From: an uncultured Actinomycetota bacterium
GTDB taxonomy: Bacteria > Actinomycetota > UBA4738 > HRBIN12
NCBI GenBank assembly: GCA_963788925.1
Contig: CAWBIH010000002.1
Coordinates: forward strand, 580,478 to 644,477
DNA length: 64,000 nt
Direction: 5' to 3'
Shown here: one piece after another, positions 18,601 through 27,622 of the stretch
Numbering within the stretch: the stretch's first letter is position 1
Layout: each line of letters begins with the position of its first letter
Translations under genes and position numbers: made by a program
The notes under the pieces: model-generated
The model's database searches: none
What the model saw: only the letters and a program-made list of their open reading frames with translations
Told to the model about the DNA's origin: nothing

Positions 18601-19458
18601 GTGCGGAGCGACGAGGGGTACTTCGGACCGAAGAGCGTCTCCTGGCAGGTCCACCGAGAGGTCACCGTGCTCTTCGGGGGTGCGAGGGCGATGCTCATGC
18701 AGGCGGCGCACCCACTGGTGGTCGCCGGTGCGAACCAGACCGGGATGTACGAACGCAACCCTTGGAAGCGGCTCCAACGAACCCTGGTGCTGCAGTACGC
18801 ACTCACCTTCGGCACGAAGGCCGAGGCACATGCTGCGGCCGAACGCATCAACGAGGTGCACGAGCGGATCAACGGCGTCGACCGCGTGACCGGACGGCCG
18901 TACGACGCCCTGGACCCTGAGTTGCTGCTGTGGGTACATGCGTGCCTCGTCGAGAGTGCCCTCCGGTTCGAACGACTGACGGTCGGGGCCCTCGACTCGG
19001 CGGGTCGCCAGCGTTTCCATGAGGAGCAGATGCTTTCGGCCGAACTGGTGCGACTTCCCCGGGAACGGATCCCGCCGACGGTGGCGGCGCTCGAGGCATA
19101 CGTCGCGGACACCGCCCGATCGGGAGAGCTTTTCGTGACGGACGCTGCGCGGGATGTCGCGCACCTGTTCTTCGATCCCCCACGTGATGCCCAATGGCGG
19201 CCGGTGCTCAAGGCGGTCGCGCGACTCGCGTTCGGGACGCTTCCACCCGATCTGCGCGAGGGGTACGGCTTCCCGTTCGGCCCGACAAGACGGACTCAGG
19301 TACGGGCGGCGTTCGCTGCGCTCCGCACGATGCGGCCGCTCCTTCCACCGAAGTACCGGTTCATCGCGCCGTATCAGCAGTGGCGTCGGCGAGAGCGAGG
19401 GCAGGAAGGCGATGGCGCGATCGAGAGCGCTCGCCGTTCGCTCGGGATCCGCCTGTGA
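18601..19458 (+). CDS. MpaB-family oxygenase-like protein (DUF2236)
   Basis: GTG at 18601 gives N-terminus SDEGYFGPKSVSWQVHREV, typical of DUF2236/MpaB proteins. Divergent from the 17848-18546 gene. Confidence 0.6.
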   Translation: MRSDEGYFGPKSVSWQVHREVTVLFGGARAMLMQAAHPLVVAGANQTGMYERNPWKRLQRTLVLQYALTFGTKAEAHAAAERINEVHERINGVDRVTGRPYDALDPELLLWVHACLVESALRFERLTVGALDSAGRQRFHEEQMLSAELVRLPRERIPPTVAALEAYVADTARSGELFVTDAARDVAHLFFDPPRDAQWRPVLKAVARLAFGTLPPDLREGYGFPFGPTRRTQVRAAFAALRTMRPLLPPKYRFIAPYQQWRRRERGQEGDGAIESARRSLGIRL

Positions 19459-20251
19459 TGGCACACTCCTGATCGTGGCGATCGAGGGGCTGCTTCTGGA
19501 CATCGACGGCGTGCTCGCCGTTTCGTGGGAGGCGTTGCCCGGGGCCGTGGATGCGTTGCGTCGCCTCCGGGAAGGCGGCGTGCCGTTCCGCATGATCACG
19601 AACACGACGACGAAGACGCGCGCCGATCTCGCCGCCACGCTCAGGGACGCCGGGTTCGATGTCGCGGACGAGGAGATCGTGACGGCCGTCGTCGCCACGG
19701 CCGCCTACCTCCGGGATGCACATCCCGGAGCGAAGGTCTTCGTGCTTTCGGACGGAAACGCGACCGAGGATCTCGCCGGGATCGAGCTCGCAGCCGTCGA
19801 GGACGCCGACGTGGTCGTCATCGGCGGCGCTTGCGATGACTTCACCTACGAGACGATGAACAAGATCTTCCGTCGCCTGATGGACGGCGCCTCTCTCGTC
19901 GGCATGCACAGGAACCTCTTCTGGAAGACGAGCGAAGGTTGGGAATTGGACGGGGGCGCCTACATCGCCGGGCTCGAGGAAGCTGCGAACACGAAGGCGA
20001 TCATCTGCGGGAAACCGGAGAAGGCGTACTTCGACGCGGCGCTGGCGATGCTCGGAGTGCACGCCGACCGTGCGGCGATGGTGGGAGACGACATCGTGAA
20101 CGACATCTTGGGGGCTCAGGCCGCGGGGCTGACGGGGATCTTGGTGCGCACCGGGAAGTATCGAGATGGCGACGAGGATCACCCCGACGGCCGTCCTGAT
20201 CACGTCCTGCCCTCCTTCGCGGACGTCCCCGCGTTCCTGGGGTGGGCGTAG
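19412..20251 (+). CDS. HAD-superfamily hydrolase, subfamily IIA
   Basis: Motif I LLLDIDGVL. Motifs CGKPEKAYF and VGDDIVNDILGA. ATG 19412 has an adjacent AGGAAGG. Alternative GTG start at 19475. Confidence 0.75.
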   Translation: MARSRALAVRSGSACDGTLLIVAIEGLLLDIDGVLAVSWEALPGAVDALRRLREGGVPFRMITNTTTKTRADLAATLRDAGFDVADEEIVTAVVATAAYLRDAHPGAKVFVLSDGNATEDLAGIELAAVEDADVVVIGGACDDFTYETMNKIFRRLMDGASLVGMHRNLFWKTSEGWELDGGAYIAGLEEAANTKAIICGKPEKAYFDAALAMLGVHADRAAMVGDDIVNDILGAQAAGLTGILVRTGKYRDGDEDHPDGRPDHVLPSFADVPAFLGWA

Positions 20252-20266
20252 GCAGGCTCGGCGGCG

Positions 20267-21706
20267 ATGGCGCCCGATCCGAACCGCTTCGCGCAACGGC
20301 TGTTCGCCGGCATCGCCCCGCAGTACGAGCGCACGGGGGCGCTGCTGTCGTTCGGTCAGGATGGGCGATGGAGACGTTTCCTCGTGTCGAAGACGAACGC
20401 GGTTCCGGGATCGTGGACCCTCGACGTCGCCGCCGGCACGCAGCTCGTCTCTCGTGAGCTGGCCGCGCGCAAGAACGTCCGCGTCGTCGCGTTGGATCAG
20501 AGCGAGCCGATGCTGCGAGCGGGGGGCGTCCCGAACCGGCTTGCCGGTCTCGAGGACCGCATCCTTCCCGTCCTCGGGCGGGCCGAGCGCCTCCCGTTCG
20601 AAGACGGCTCGTTCGACGCGGTGACCTTCACCTACCTCTTGCGATACGTCGAAGACCCCGCCGGCACCGTGGGTGAGCTCGCGCGGGTGCTCCGCCCCGG
20701 AGGCTCGATCGCGATGCTCGAGTTCCACGTTCCGGACGCGCTCCCGGCTCGGGCGGGATGGTGGATGCACACCAGGTTGGTGATGCCGATCCTCGGGACG
20801 GCCGTGTCGCCCGCGTGGGCGCGCACCTCCTCCTTCCTCGGGCCGAACGTGTCGCGCTTCGTCGCCGCACATCCGCTGGCGGAGTGGGTGCGTTGGTTCC
20901 AGCGTGCAGGCGTAGAGCACGTCCGGACGCGGACGTTCCTGTTCGGCTCCGCCGTCGTGGCTCTGGGGGGTGAAGGGCAGATGAGCGAGAGCCGGCCCGC
21001 GTTCTACGCGCTCGCACCCGGCGGGTGGCGGGACTGGTGGACGCTCCTGCATCCGCCGTACACGTTGTGGCACCTCTCGTATGTCGCGATCGGTGCGGCG
21101 ACCGCGGCCGAGGTGGACCTCTATCGCCTGGGGATGAGCCTGCTCGGGTTCTTCCTGGGAGTGGGTCTTGCGGCACACGCCTTGGACGAGCTTCGAGGCC
21201 GACCCTTGGGGACCTCGATCTCCGACCGGGTGCTTCAGGGCCTCGCGATCGTCTCGCTGGCAGGCGCCGCTGCCGTGGGGGTCGTCGGGATCGTGCAAGT
21301 CTCGGCGTGGCTCGCGGTGTTCATCGTCGCCGGCGCGTTCCTCGTCGTCGCCTACAACCTCGAGCTCCTGGGCGGCATGTTCCATTCCGACCTGTGGTTC
21401 GCGGTCGCGTGGGGCGGATTCCCCGCGCTGACCGGAGCGTTCGCGCAGGAGGGGAGGCTGGAGGCCGCGGCCGTTCTCATCGCCGGCGCCTGCGTCGCGA
21501 TCAGCGCGGCTCAGCGTGTCCTGTCGACTCCCGTCCGCCGGCTCCGTCGCAGGGTCGTGACCGTCGAGGGGACGATGACGCTGCACGACGGCACGACGGA
21601 GCCGATCGGGGCAGAGATCATCAGGTCGGCGCCGGAGGCCGCGCTGAAGCTTCTGGCCCTCGCGATGCCTCTCCTCGCGACGGCGCTCGTGATCTCGAGG
21701 CTCTAG
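20267..21706 (+). CDS. UbiE/MenG-like class I SAM methyltransferase fused in-frame to a ~245-aa polytopic membrane domain of unknown function
   Basis: N-terminal 230 aa resemble UbiE (FAGIAPQYERTGALLSFGQDGRWRRF...LDVAAGT...). No stop before the C-terminal six to seven TM helices (HALDELRGRP, NLELLGGMFHSDLWFAV). Confidence 0.7.
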   Translation: MAPDPNRFAQRLFAGIAPQYERTGALLSFGQDGRWRRFLVSKTNAVPGSWTLDVAAGTQLVSRELAARKNVRVVALDQSEPMLRAGGVPNRLAGLEDRILPVLGRAERLPFEDGSFDAVTFTYLLRYVEDPAGTVGELARVLRPGGSIAMLEFHVPDALPARAGWWMHTRLVMPILGTAVSPAWARTSSFLGPNVSRFVAAHPLAEWVRWFQRAGVEHVRTRTFLFGSAVVALGGEGQMSESRPAFYALAPGGWRDWWTLLHPPYTLWHLSYVAIGAATAAEVDLYRLGMSLLGFFLGVGLAAHALDELRGRPLGTSISDRVLQGLAIVSLAGAAAVGVVGIVQVSAWLAVFIVAGAFLVVAYNLELLGGMFHSDLWFAVAWGGFPALTGAFAQEGRLEAAAVLIAGACVAISAAQRVLSTPVRRLRRRVVTVEGTMTLHDGTTEPIGAEIIRSAPEAALKLLALAMPLLATALVISRL

Positions 21707-21744
21707 CAGGAGCGTCTCCGTGCCGGGTCCGTAGTATCCGCGCC

Positions 21745-22152
21745 GTGTCTGCGCTGCATCGCGTGATCGGGTTCGCGGTCGTCGCCATCTTCGCGCTCGG
21801 GTGGATCTGGGGACTGGGGGCGAAGATCGCGCGACGCCAGCCCGGGGACGCCTTCTGGACCTGGCTCACGGTGGCGCAAGTCACCGCGGGCGCGCAGGCG
21901 CTCCTCGGCACGATCCTGCTCCTGATGGGCCGTCGGCTCGAAGCGGAAGGAGTCTTCGGGGGCACCCTCCACTACATCTACGGCTACCTGCCTCTGCTGC
22001 TCTTCGTGTTCGCACACGTGGTTGCGAGGGAGGGCACTGCGCGCGCGATCGGCATCGATCGGCCGATCCAGCGCTGGGTGCCGTTCGCGTGGGTTTCCTT
22101 CATCAGCTTCGGGCTCACGCTCAGGGCGTTGATGACCGGGCTGGGTCTGTAG
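21745..22152 (+). CDS. Small hypothetical membrane protein (4 TM)
   Basis: GTG 21745 is a tentative start. The frame is open further upstream. Hydrophobic helices. High GC3. Confidence 0.4.
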   Translation: MSALHRVIGFAVVAIFALGWIWGLGAKIARRQPGDAFWTWLTVAQVTAGAQALLGTILLLMGRRLEAEGVFGGTLHYIYGYLPLLLFVFAHVVAREGTARAIGIDRPIQRWVPFAWVSFISFGLTLRALMTGLGL

Positions 22153-22175
22153 CGGCGCACCCCCGCAGCTGCGAG

Positions 22176-22772
22176 ATGATGACGTCGATGCGCGGATGGC
22201 AGAAGGCGTTCCTGTGGACCGGGATCCTGCTGCTGTGCGCCGGGGTCGGCGCGTTCATCGCGTCGCGGACGAACCCGTTCCCACCTGGGGTTCGGGATCC
22301 CGTTGCCCTTCCGAGCGAGAGCCCGAGCCCGTCGACGGTCGACCTCGTCCGTTGGTCGCTCACGATGGCCAGCCGGACCACGCACACGTATCACGTGGGG
22401 GGATCGTGCAGGAGCGACTGGCATCTCGAAGGCGAGATCGAGTTGACCGAGTCGGGTCGCGTCGACGGACGCGGCGTCGCGCGGCTCCAGCCCGGCGCGA
22501 AGTGCGACTTCCCATCCGCGCAGGTCCAGGCCCGGCGGGTCGTGGTCGCGATCGTCGGCATCCGCGACGGCGACGAGCTCGACCTCCGGTTCCAGGACGC
22601 AGGCAGGAAACCGGCGGGATCGCAAGACCTCGGTGGATTCCTGAAGACGCTGGAAACACTCCGCTTCTCGATCCCGGAGCGAGCGGGCGCCGCAGCCAGC
22701 AAGCCGAAGCGGATCGAGGATCCCGAGGGCGAGGTCTACGCGTCCGTCACGACGATCCGGCTCGGCCGCTAG
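22176..22772 (+). CDS. Hypothetical membrane-anchored/secreted protein (N-terminal TM helix)
   Basis: ATG 22176. N-terminal hydrophobic segment WTGILLLCAGVGAFIA. Ends ...TTIRLGR* inside the 40-bp palindrome. Confidence 0.5.
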   Translation: MMTSMRGWQKAFLWTGILLLCAGVGAFIASRTNPFPPGVRDPVALPSESPSPSTVDLVRWSLTMASRTTHTYHVGGSCRSDWHLEGEIELTESGRVDGRGVARLQPGAKCDFPSAQVQARRVVVAIVGIRDGDELDLRFQDAGRKPAGSQDLGGFLKTLETLRFSIPERAGAAASKPKRIEDPEGEVYASVTTIRLGR

Positions 22773-22790
22773 CGGCCGAGCCGGATCGTC
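22751..22790. repeat. 40-bp perfect palindrome GACGATCCGGCTCGGCCGCTAGCGGCCGAGCCGGATCGTC spanning the stop codons of two convergent genes
   Basis: The sequence is identical to its reverse complement. TAG 22770-22772 (plus) and CTA 22769-22771 (minus) sit at its centre. Both proteins end in IRLGR. Confidence 0.8.
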
Positions 22791-23588
22791 GCGAGCTCCT
22801 GGTTCGGTGGCCCCGTGCTCCACAGTCCCTCTCGCTCCTCGAGTCGGGAGCCGAGCGCGTCGGCGAGCTCACCGTCACGGTTCGGGGGGAGGCAGAGACG
22901 CCGTCGCATGAGTGCGACCGCGTCGTCTTTCCGTTCGAAGCCCCCCGCGGCCGGAGGCCTCACCCAGCGCTCGATCACCGGGTCGAGGCCCAGCTCCGTG
23001 AGCGCGTCGAGAGCATCCTGTGCGGTCGGCCCCTCGGGGCGTTGCAGGTCGTGGAATCGGAGCCAGAGGTCATTCATCCAATCGGAGCGGGTGGCGGTCG
23101 GTGAGCTCGAAGACGACCCGACTTCGGGCGACGGCGGCGAGGCTCCGCGCGAACGGCTCGAGGTTCGCCACGTTGTAGAGCACGTGTCCGACGACCGCCA
23201 CGTCGGCCGGGTCGACCCGATCGGCGACGTCGGGCCATCGTCCCGGAACCACTTCGGCGTCGACGCCGGCCGCGCGGGCGTTCGACAAGAAGCCCTCGAG
23301 CATGTCCTCCTGCGAATCGACACCGACCAGAACGCCCGCGCGCCCGGCGAGGGGGAGAGAGGTGGCGCCTCCTCCACACCCGACGTCGAGCACGCGTCCT
23401 CCGTCGGGGAGTCCCTCGAGCGCTCTCACGGTCGTCGGCGTGGGATCCGCTGCGACGGTCGCATGCCGACCTCTCATCCGGAAGAGCTCCGTCGGGAAAC
23501 CGTACGGGGACTCGGGAGCAGCGGAGATGATCTCGGCCGGGATCGCCCAGCGCTCGAGTTGCTCCCGCCATCGATCGATCGCCGTCAC
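22769..23588 (-). CDS. Class I SAM-dependent methyltransferase, apparently split by a frameshift or an 8-nt overlap at ~23072 (N-part 23588-23070, C-part 23077-22769)
   Basis: N-part has motif I VLDVGCGGG and strands through beta-5 but lacks the C-terminal strands. A downstream 102-aa ORF starts ATGAATGA-overlapped and may be its C-terminus. ATGA-coupled to the CoA-transferase upstream. Confidence 0.55.
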
Positions 23589-24781
23589 GTCTCAGGCAGG
23601 ATGTCGTCGGTGTGCTGTCCGAGGAGTGGAGGCGCATGCCGCGTGTCGAGGACCGTGCCGTCGAACCGGATGGGATTGCGAACGAGACGGAGCGTCGTCC
23701 CCCGTCCAGGGTCGAGCACCGACTCGATGAGTGCAGCTCCCTCGGGCGAGGCGAAGACCTCGTCCATCGACCGGATGAGGGCGCAGGGCACGGCTGCACC
23801 TTCGAGCGCGTGGATCCACTCTGCCGCGGTCTTGGACGCGAACGCCTCATCGAGGAGATCGATCAGGTCCTCGCGGTGGCGCACTCGCTCCTCGTTCGTG
23901 ACGAAGCGACGATCGTCGGCCCACTCGGGGTGTCCCAGGACCTCGCACGTTCGGCCGAAGAGCCGGTCGTTCCCCGCTGCGAGGATGAACGGCCGGTCCG
24001 ACGCCTGGAACGCCTGATACGGGCAGATGTTGGGGTGGGCGGTTCCCATCGGCCCGGCGACGATCCCGCCGATCAGGAGGTTGGCAGCCTGGTTCACCAT
24101 CGCTGCCGCGCTCGCGTCGAAGAGCGACACGCTCACGTGTCGTCCCCGACCGGTTCGCTCTCGCTCGTGGAGAGCGGCGAGGATGCCGATCGCCGCGTGC
24201 AGTCCCGTGATCACGTCGAGAAGGGCGACTCCGACTTTGACCGGCCGGCCGTTCGGTTCGCCGGTGACGCTCATGAGTCCCGACAGCGCCTGGACCATGA
24301 TGTCGTAGCCGGGGCGACCGGCCGCGCCGGGCACCTCCTCGTTGAACGCCGTGAGCGAGCAGGTGATCAGTCCTGGTGTTCCTCGACGGAGGTCTTCCAG
24401 GGCAAGCCCGAGCTCGGCCATGAGGCCCGGCCGGAAGTTCTCGATCAAGACATCGGAGCGGGTGGCGAGGCGGCGGATCGCGTCGATCCCCTCCGGGCTC
24501 TTGAGGTCGACCGAGACCGAGCGCTTGTTCCGGTTGAGCGACAGGAAGTAGGCGGCGTCGTCTCCTACGAAGGGCGGTCCCCAGTGGCGGGTGTCGTCAC
24601 CATCCCCGGGACGTTCGATCTTGACCACGTCGGCGCCCAGGTCGCCCAAGATCTGGGTGGCGAGCGGTCCCGCGAGCACCCTCGAGAGATCCAGGATCTG
24701 AAGGCCGGACAGAGGGAGGCGGTCCACCGGGCGGAGACTACTCGCCTCATCCGGTGGGCTCATCAGGGTGTGCTTCCGCAC
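23585..24781 (-). CDS. CoA-transferase family III (CaiB/BaiF) protein
   Basis: 398 aa, full-length family III CoA-transferase signature (LSGLQILDLSRVLAGP...). Alternative start at 24763. Confidence 0.8.
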   Translation of the reverse strand: MRKHTLMSPPDEASSLRPVDRLPLSGLQILDLSRVLAGPLATQILGDLGADVVKIERPGDGDDTRHWGPPFVGDDAAYFLSLNRNKRSVSVDLKSPEGIDAIRRLATRSDVLIENFRPGLMAELGLALEDLRRGTPGLITCSLTAFNEEVPGAAGRPGYDIMVQALSGLMSVTGEPNGRPVKVGVALLDVITGLHAAIGILAALHERERTGRGRHVSVSLFDASAAAMVNQAANLLIGGIVAGPMGTAHPNICPYQAFQASDRPFILAAGNDRLFGRTCEVLGHPEWADDRRFVTNEERVRHREDLIDLLDEAFASKTAAEWIHALEGAAVPCALIRSMDEVFASPEGAALIESVLDPGRGTTLRLVRNPIRFDGTVLDTRHAPPLLGQHTDDILPET

Positions 24782-24820
24782 AACTGGCGCATCGCACTCA
24801 CAATCGGAGAGAATCCGTCT

Positions 24821-25537
24821 GTGAACGAGCAGAGCCTCGAGCGCGTCAATGCATTCCTCGCCGCTGTCGCGGATCGCACTGAGCAGGGCGCACTACTGGA
24901 AGCTACGCCTGCGGAGCTTGGCAGGGAATTGGGCTTCCCCGATCCATTGTCGATCGCTCGTGCAGTGCGGGCCCTTGTCGCGAGGCGCCGATTGGAGCCC
25001 GCGGGTGGCTCCTACCGTCTCCTGGACGGCTCGCCCGTCGCCGAAGGGGAGCGAGAGACGATCGACCGCAAAGGCAGGCGCTCCCGCACGCAGCAGGAGG
25101 ACACCGGCGCGGCTCGTCGTGGTGGTCTCGCGTACTCGGACCTCGGCCGAGCGACGGTGGATCGGCTCGTTGAGCTGGGCCAGGAGGTCTCCCAGCTCCG
25201 CGCCCAGCTGAAGACATCGCGGGAAGAAGCCCGTCAGAACAGGGAGATGCGGGTGGAGGCCGAGCGGCGCGCGCGGACACTCGCCGAGCGTGCCCGTGAA
25301 CTGGAACACCGTGTCGATATGGCCGAGTCCAACCTCCGGACCCTCCTCGCGTCCGCGCGCGCCACGGGCATGCATCCGGACCAACGGCTCCCCGACTCCG
25401 AGATGGAGGCGATCCTCGGTGTCTTGAAGGGCAACGGGGATCAACCTTCGGAGGAGGAGACCTCGCAGTCGGAGCCTATGGGCCGACCTGCCGAGGAGTT
25501 TCGCTCGCCGACGGGTCATGCTGCTGAGGAGGCGTGA
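24821..25537 (+). CDS. Hypothetical protein with N-terminal HTH-like region and long coiled coil
   Basis: GTG 24821 with GGAGAG SD. ELGRELGFPDPLSIARAVRALVARRRLE followed by an Arg/Glu-rich coiled coil. GC3 lower than neighbours. The 3' end overlaps the convergent ABC ATPase. Confidence 0.45.
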   Translation: MNEQSLERVNAFLAAVADRTEQGALLEATPAELGRELGFPDPLSIARAVRALVARRRLEPAGGSYRLLDGSPVAEGERETIDRKGRRSRTQQEDTGAARRGGLAYSDLGRATVDRLVELGQEVSQLRAQLKTSREEARQNREMRVEAERRARTLAERARELEHRVDMAESNLRTLLASARATGMHPDQRLPDSEMEAILGVLKGNGDQPSEEETSQSEPMGRPAEEFRSPTGHAAEEA

Positions 25538-26591
25538 CCGAGCCTCGCCGCAGCGACGCTTCGTAACAGGCGGCCAAGTGGCCGGCGGAGAGCTCCTCCA
25601 GTCCGAGATCTTCCCCCCGACATCTCTCTTCGATGCCGAGGCTCGCCGCCTCCCCCGACGCGACGACCGGGCACCGCGGGTGGAACCGGCACCCGGCCGG
25701 CACGCGAGTCGGGTCGGGCGGCTCCCCTTGCAGGATCGGTCGGTCGATCCCGCCTGCCTCGGGGACCACGTCGAGCAAGGCTTTCGTGTACGGGTGCCGC
25801 GGCCGCAACAACACTTCCTCGGCCGGGCCGATCTCCACGATCCTTCCGAGATACATGACCGCGACGCGGTCTGCCACGGTCCAGGCAAGACCGAGGTCGT
25901 GCGTCACGATCAGGATCGACAGCTGCAGCGAATCGCGCAGCCCCAGGAGCAGTTGCAGGATCTCACCGCGCACGGACGCATCCAGGTTGGACACGGGTTC
26001 GTCCGCCACGATCACACTCGGATCGAGCACGAGCGCTCCCGCGATCACGACTCGCTGGCGCTGCCCTCCCGAGAGCTCGTGCGGGTAGAGCAAGTAGAAG
26101 CGCTCGGGTGGGCGCATGCCGGCCCGCGAGAGCGCTCGCGCGACCAACTCCTCCTCGCCCTCGCCGTTCGGCCCCTCGTGGATCTTGTGGATCCGCAATC
26201 CCTCGGCGACGCTCTCATAGATCGTCTGCCTCGGGTTCAAGGACGCGGTCGGGTCCTGGAACACCATCTGGACCACCCGGCGGTAGGACTGGAGCTTCCT
26301 TCCGAGAGGTTTCCCTCGGAAGGAGATCTGGCCGCCGTTCGGCCGGATGAGTCCCATGATCGCGCGGGCGGTCGTCGTCTTCCCGCACCCGGACTCGCCC
26401 GCCAGAGCGAGCACCTCACCTTCGTGGAGGGTGAGATCCACGCCGTCAACCGCGGTCGCAACGGCCGCCTTCTTCTTCGCGAGCCCACCGAGGAGGGATG
26501 TACGACCGGAGAAGCTCACCTCGAGACCACGGACCTCGATGACAGGATCGCCTGTGACCGGGCCGGCTCGCTCCGTCGTCGTGTCGCTCAC
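25476..26591 (-). CDS. Oligopeptide/dipeptide ABC transporter ATP-binding protein (OppF/DppF-like)
   Basis: Walker A GESGCGKTT. ABC signature LSGGQRQRV. Opp-type C-terminal Cys-containing extension. GTG start overlaps the upstream stop (GTGA). Confidence 0.85.
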   Translation of the reverse strand: MSDTTTERAGPVTGDPVIEVRGLEVSFSGRTSLLGGLAKKKAAVATAVDGVDLTLHEGEVLALAGESGCGKTTTARAIMGLIRPNGGQISFRGKPLGRKLQSYRRVVQMVFQDPTASLNPRQTIYESVAEGLRIHKIHEGPNGEGEEELVARALSRAGMRPPERFYLLYPHELSGGQRQRVVIAGALVLDPSVIVADEPVSNLDASVRGEILQLLLGLRDSLQLSILIVTHDLGLAWTVADRVAVMYLGRIVEIGPAEEVLLRPRHPYTKALLDVVPEAGGIDRPILQGEPPDPTRVPAGCRFHPRCPVVASGEAASLGIEERCRGEDLGLEELSAGHLAACYEASLRRGSVTPPQQHDPSASETPRQVGP

Positions 26592-27622
26592 TCCCGCGAC
26601 TCCGAAAGGACGGGCGCTCCCGAGACGTGAACGCACGCGGCGCGACGGTCTTCCCCGGCCGCCCACAGCTCCGCGTCGACGGTCGGACACACGGCCACCG
26701 CTTCCGGACACCTGGGATGGAATGGGCAGCCACTCGGGATGTGCTGGGGGTCCGGCGGGTCGCCACCCAGGCCCGCCGGCTTGCCTCGGAAGCGCGAGTC
26801 CCCGATCGCCGGGAACGCTCCCGCGAGCGCCTTCGTGTAGGGATGGGCGGGATCGTGGAACACGGCTTCGGCGGGTCCTTGCTCGACGATCCGGCCCGCG
26901 TACATGATCGCGATCTCATCGGCGACCTCGACGAGCACCGACAGGTCGTGCGTGATGAAGAGCATCGCGAGTCCGAGTTCTCTCTGGAGACCCTTCAACA
27001 ATTGGAGCACTTGCGCCTGAACCATCACGTCCAATGCGGTCGTTGGCTCATCTGCGATCACGAGCGACGGGTTGCACGCCAGAGCCATCGCGATCATCAC
27101 CCTCTGCTTCTGCCCCCCGGAGAGCTCGTGGGGGTAATCGTCGATGCGGCGAGCGGGTAGGCCGACCTCCTCCAACAGCTCCGCCGTTCGTACTCGAGCT
27201 TCGCGGTCGCCGGCCAGTTTGTGGACCGTGATGGCCTCGACGACCTGATCACCGATGCGCCGCACAGGATTGAGAGCGTGAAGTGCTCCTTGGAAGATGA
27301 TCGAGGCGCCGGTCCAGCGGAGTGCCCGCAATTGTCCGGGCTTGAGGGACAGTACGTCTTGGCCATCGAGGAGGATGCTTCCTTCGATCTTCGTCTTCGG
27401 TGCGTGGAGGCGAAGGATCGCGCCCGCGATCGTGGATTTCCCGCAGCCCGACTCTCCCGCGAGTCCGAGGACCTCACCTTTCCGGATCTCGAGCTCGACA
27501 CCCCGCACGGCAGGAACGTCGCCGCCCTTGGTCCGGTAGGTCACACGGAGATCGCGCACCGATAGGACACTCAAGGTTTCATCGCTCCCGGATCTTCGGG
27601 TTGAGGACCTCGTCGAGGGCAT
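26588..27622 (-). CDS. Oligopeptide/dipeptide ABC transporter ATP-binding protein (OppD/DppD-like)
   Basis: Walker A GESGCGKST. Signature LSGGQKQRV. Start uncertain: ATG 27622 overlaps the permease by 43 nt. Alternative TTG 27574 has a GGGAG SD. Confidence 0.85.
   Translation of the reverse strand: MPSTRSSTRRSGSDETLSVLSVRDLRVTYRTKGGDVPAVRGVELEIRKGEVLGLAGESGCGKSTIAGAILRLHAPKTKIEGSILLDGQDVLSLKPGQLRALRWTGASIIFQGALHALNPVRRIGDQVVEAITVHKLAGDREARVRTAELLEEVGLPARRIDDYPHELSGGQKQRVMIAMALACNPSLVIADEPTTALDVMVQAQVLQLLKGLQRELGLAMLFITHDLSVLVEVADEIAIMYAGRIVEQGPAEAVFHDPAHPYTKALAGAFPAIGDSRFRGKPAGLGGDPPDPQHIPSGCPFHPRCPEAVAVCPTVDAELWAAGEDRRAACVHVSGAPVLSESRE

Noticed and set aside
19361-21586. 741-aa minus-strand ORF
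   Set aside because: It is antisense to the HAD and UbiE-fusion genes. Extremely Arg/Gly/Pro-rich. The plus-strand genes have clear motifs.
23612-24820. Upstream part of the 641-aa plus-strand ORF
   Set aside because: It overlaps the CoA-transferase gene in antisense. Only the 3' part from GTG 24821 is in a gene-free interval and looks protein-like.
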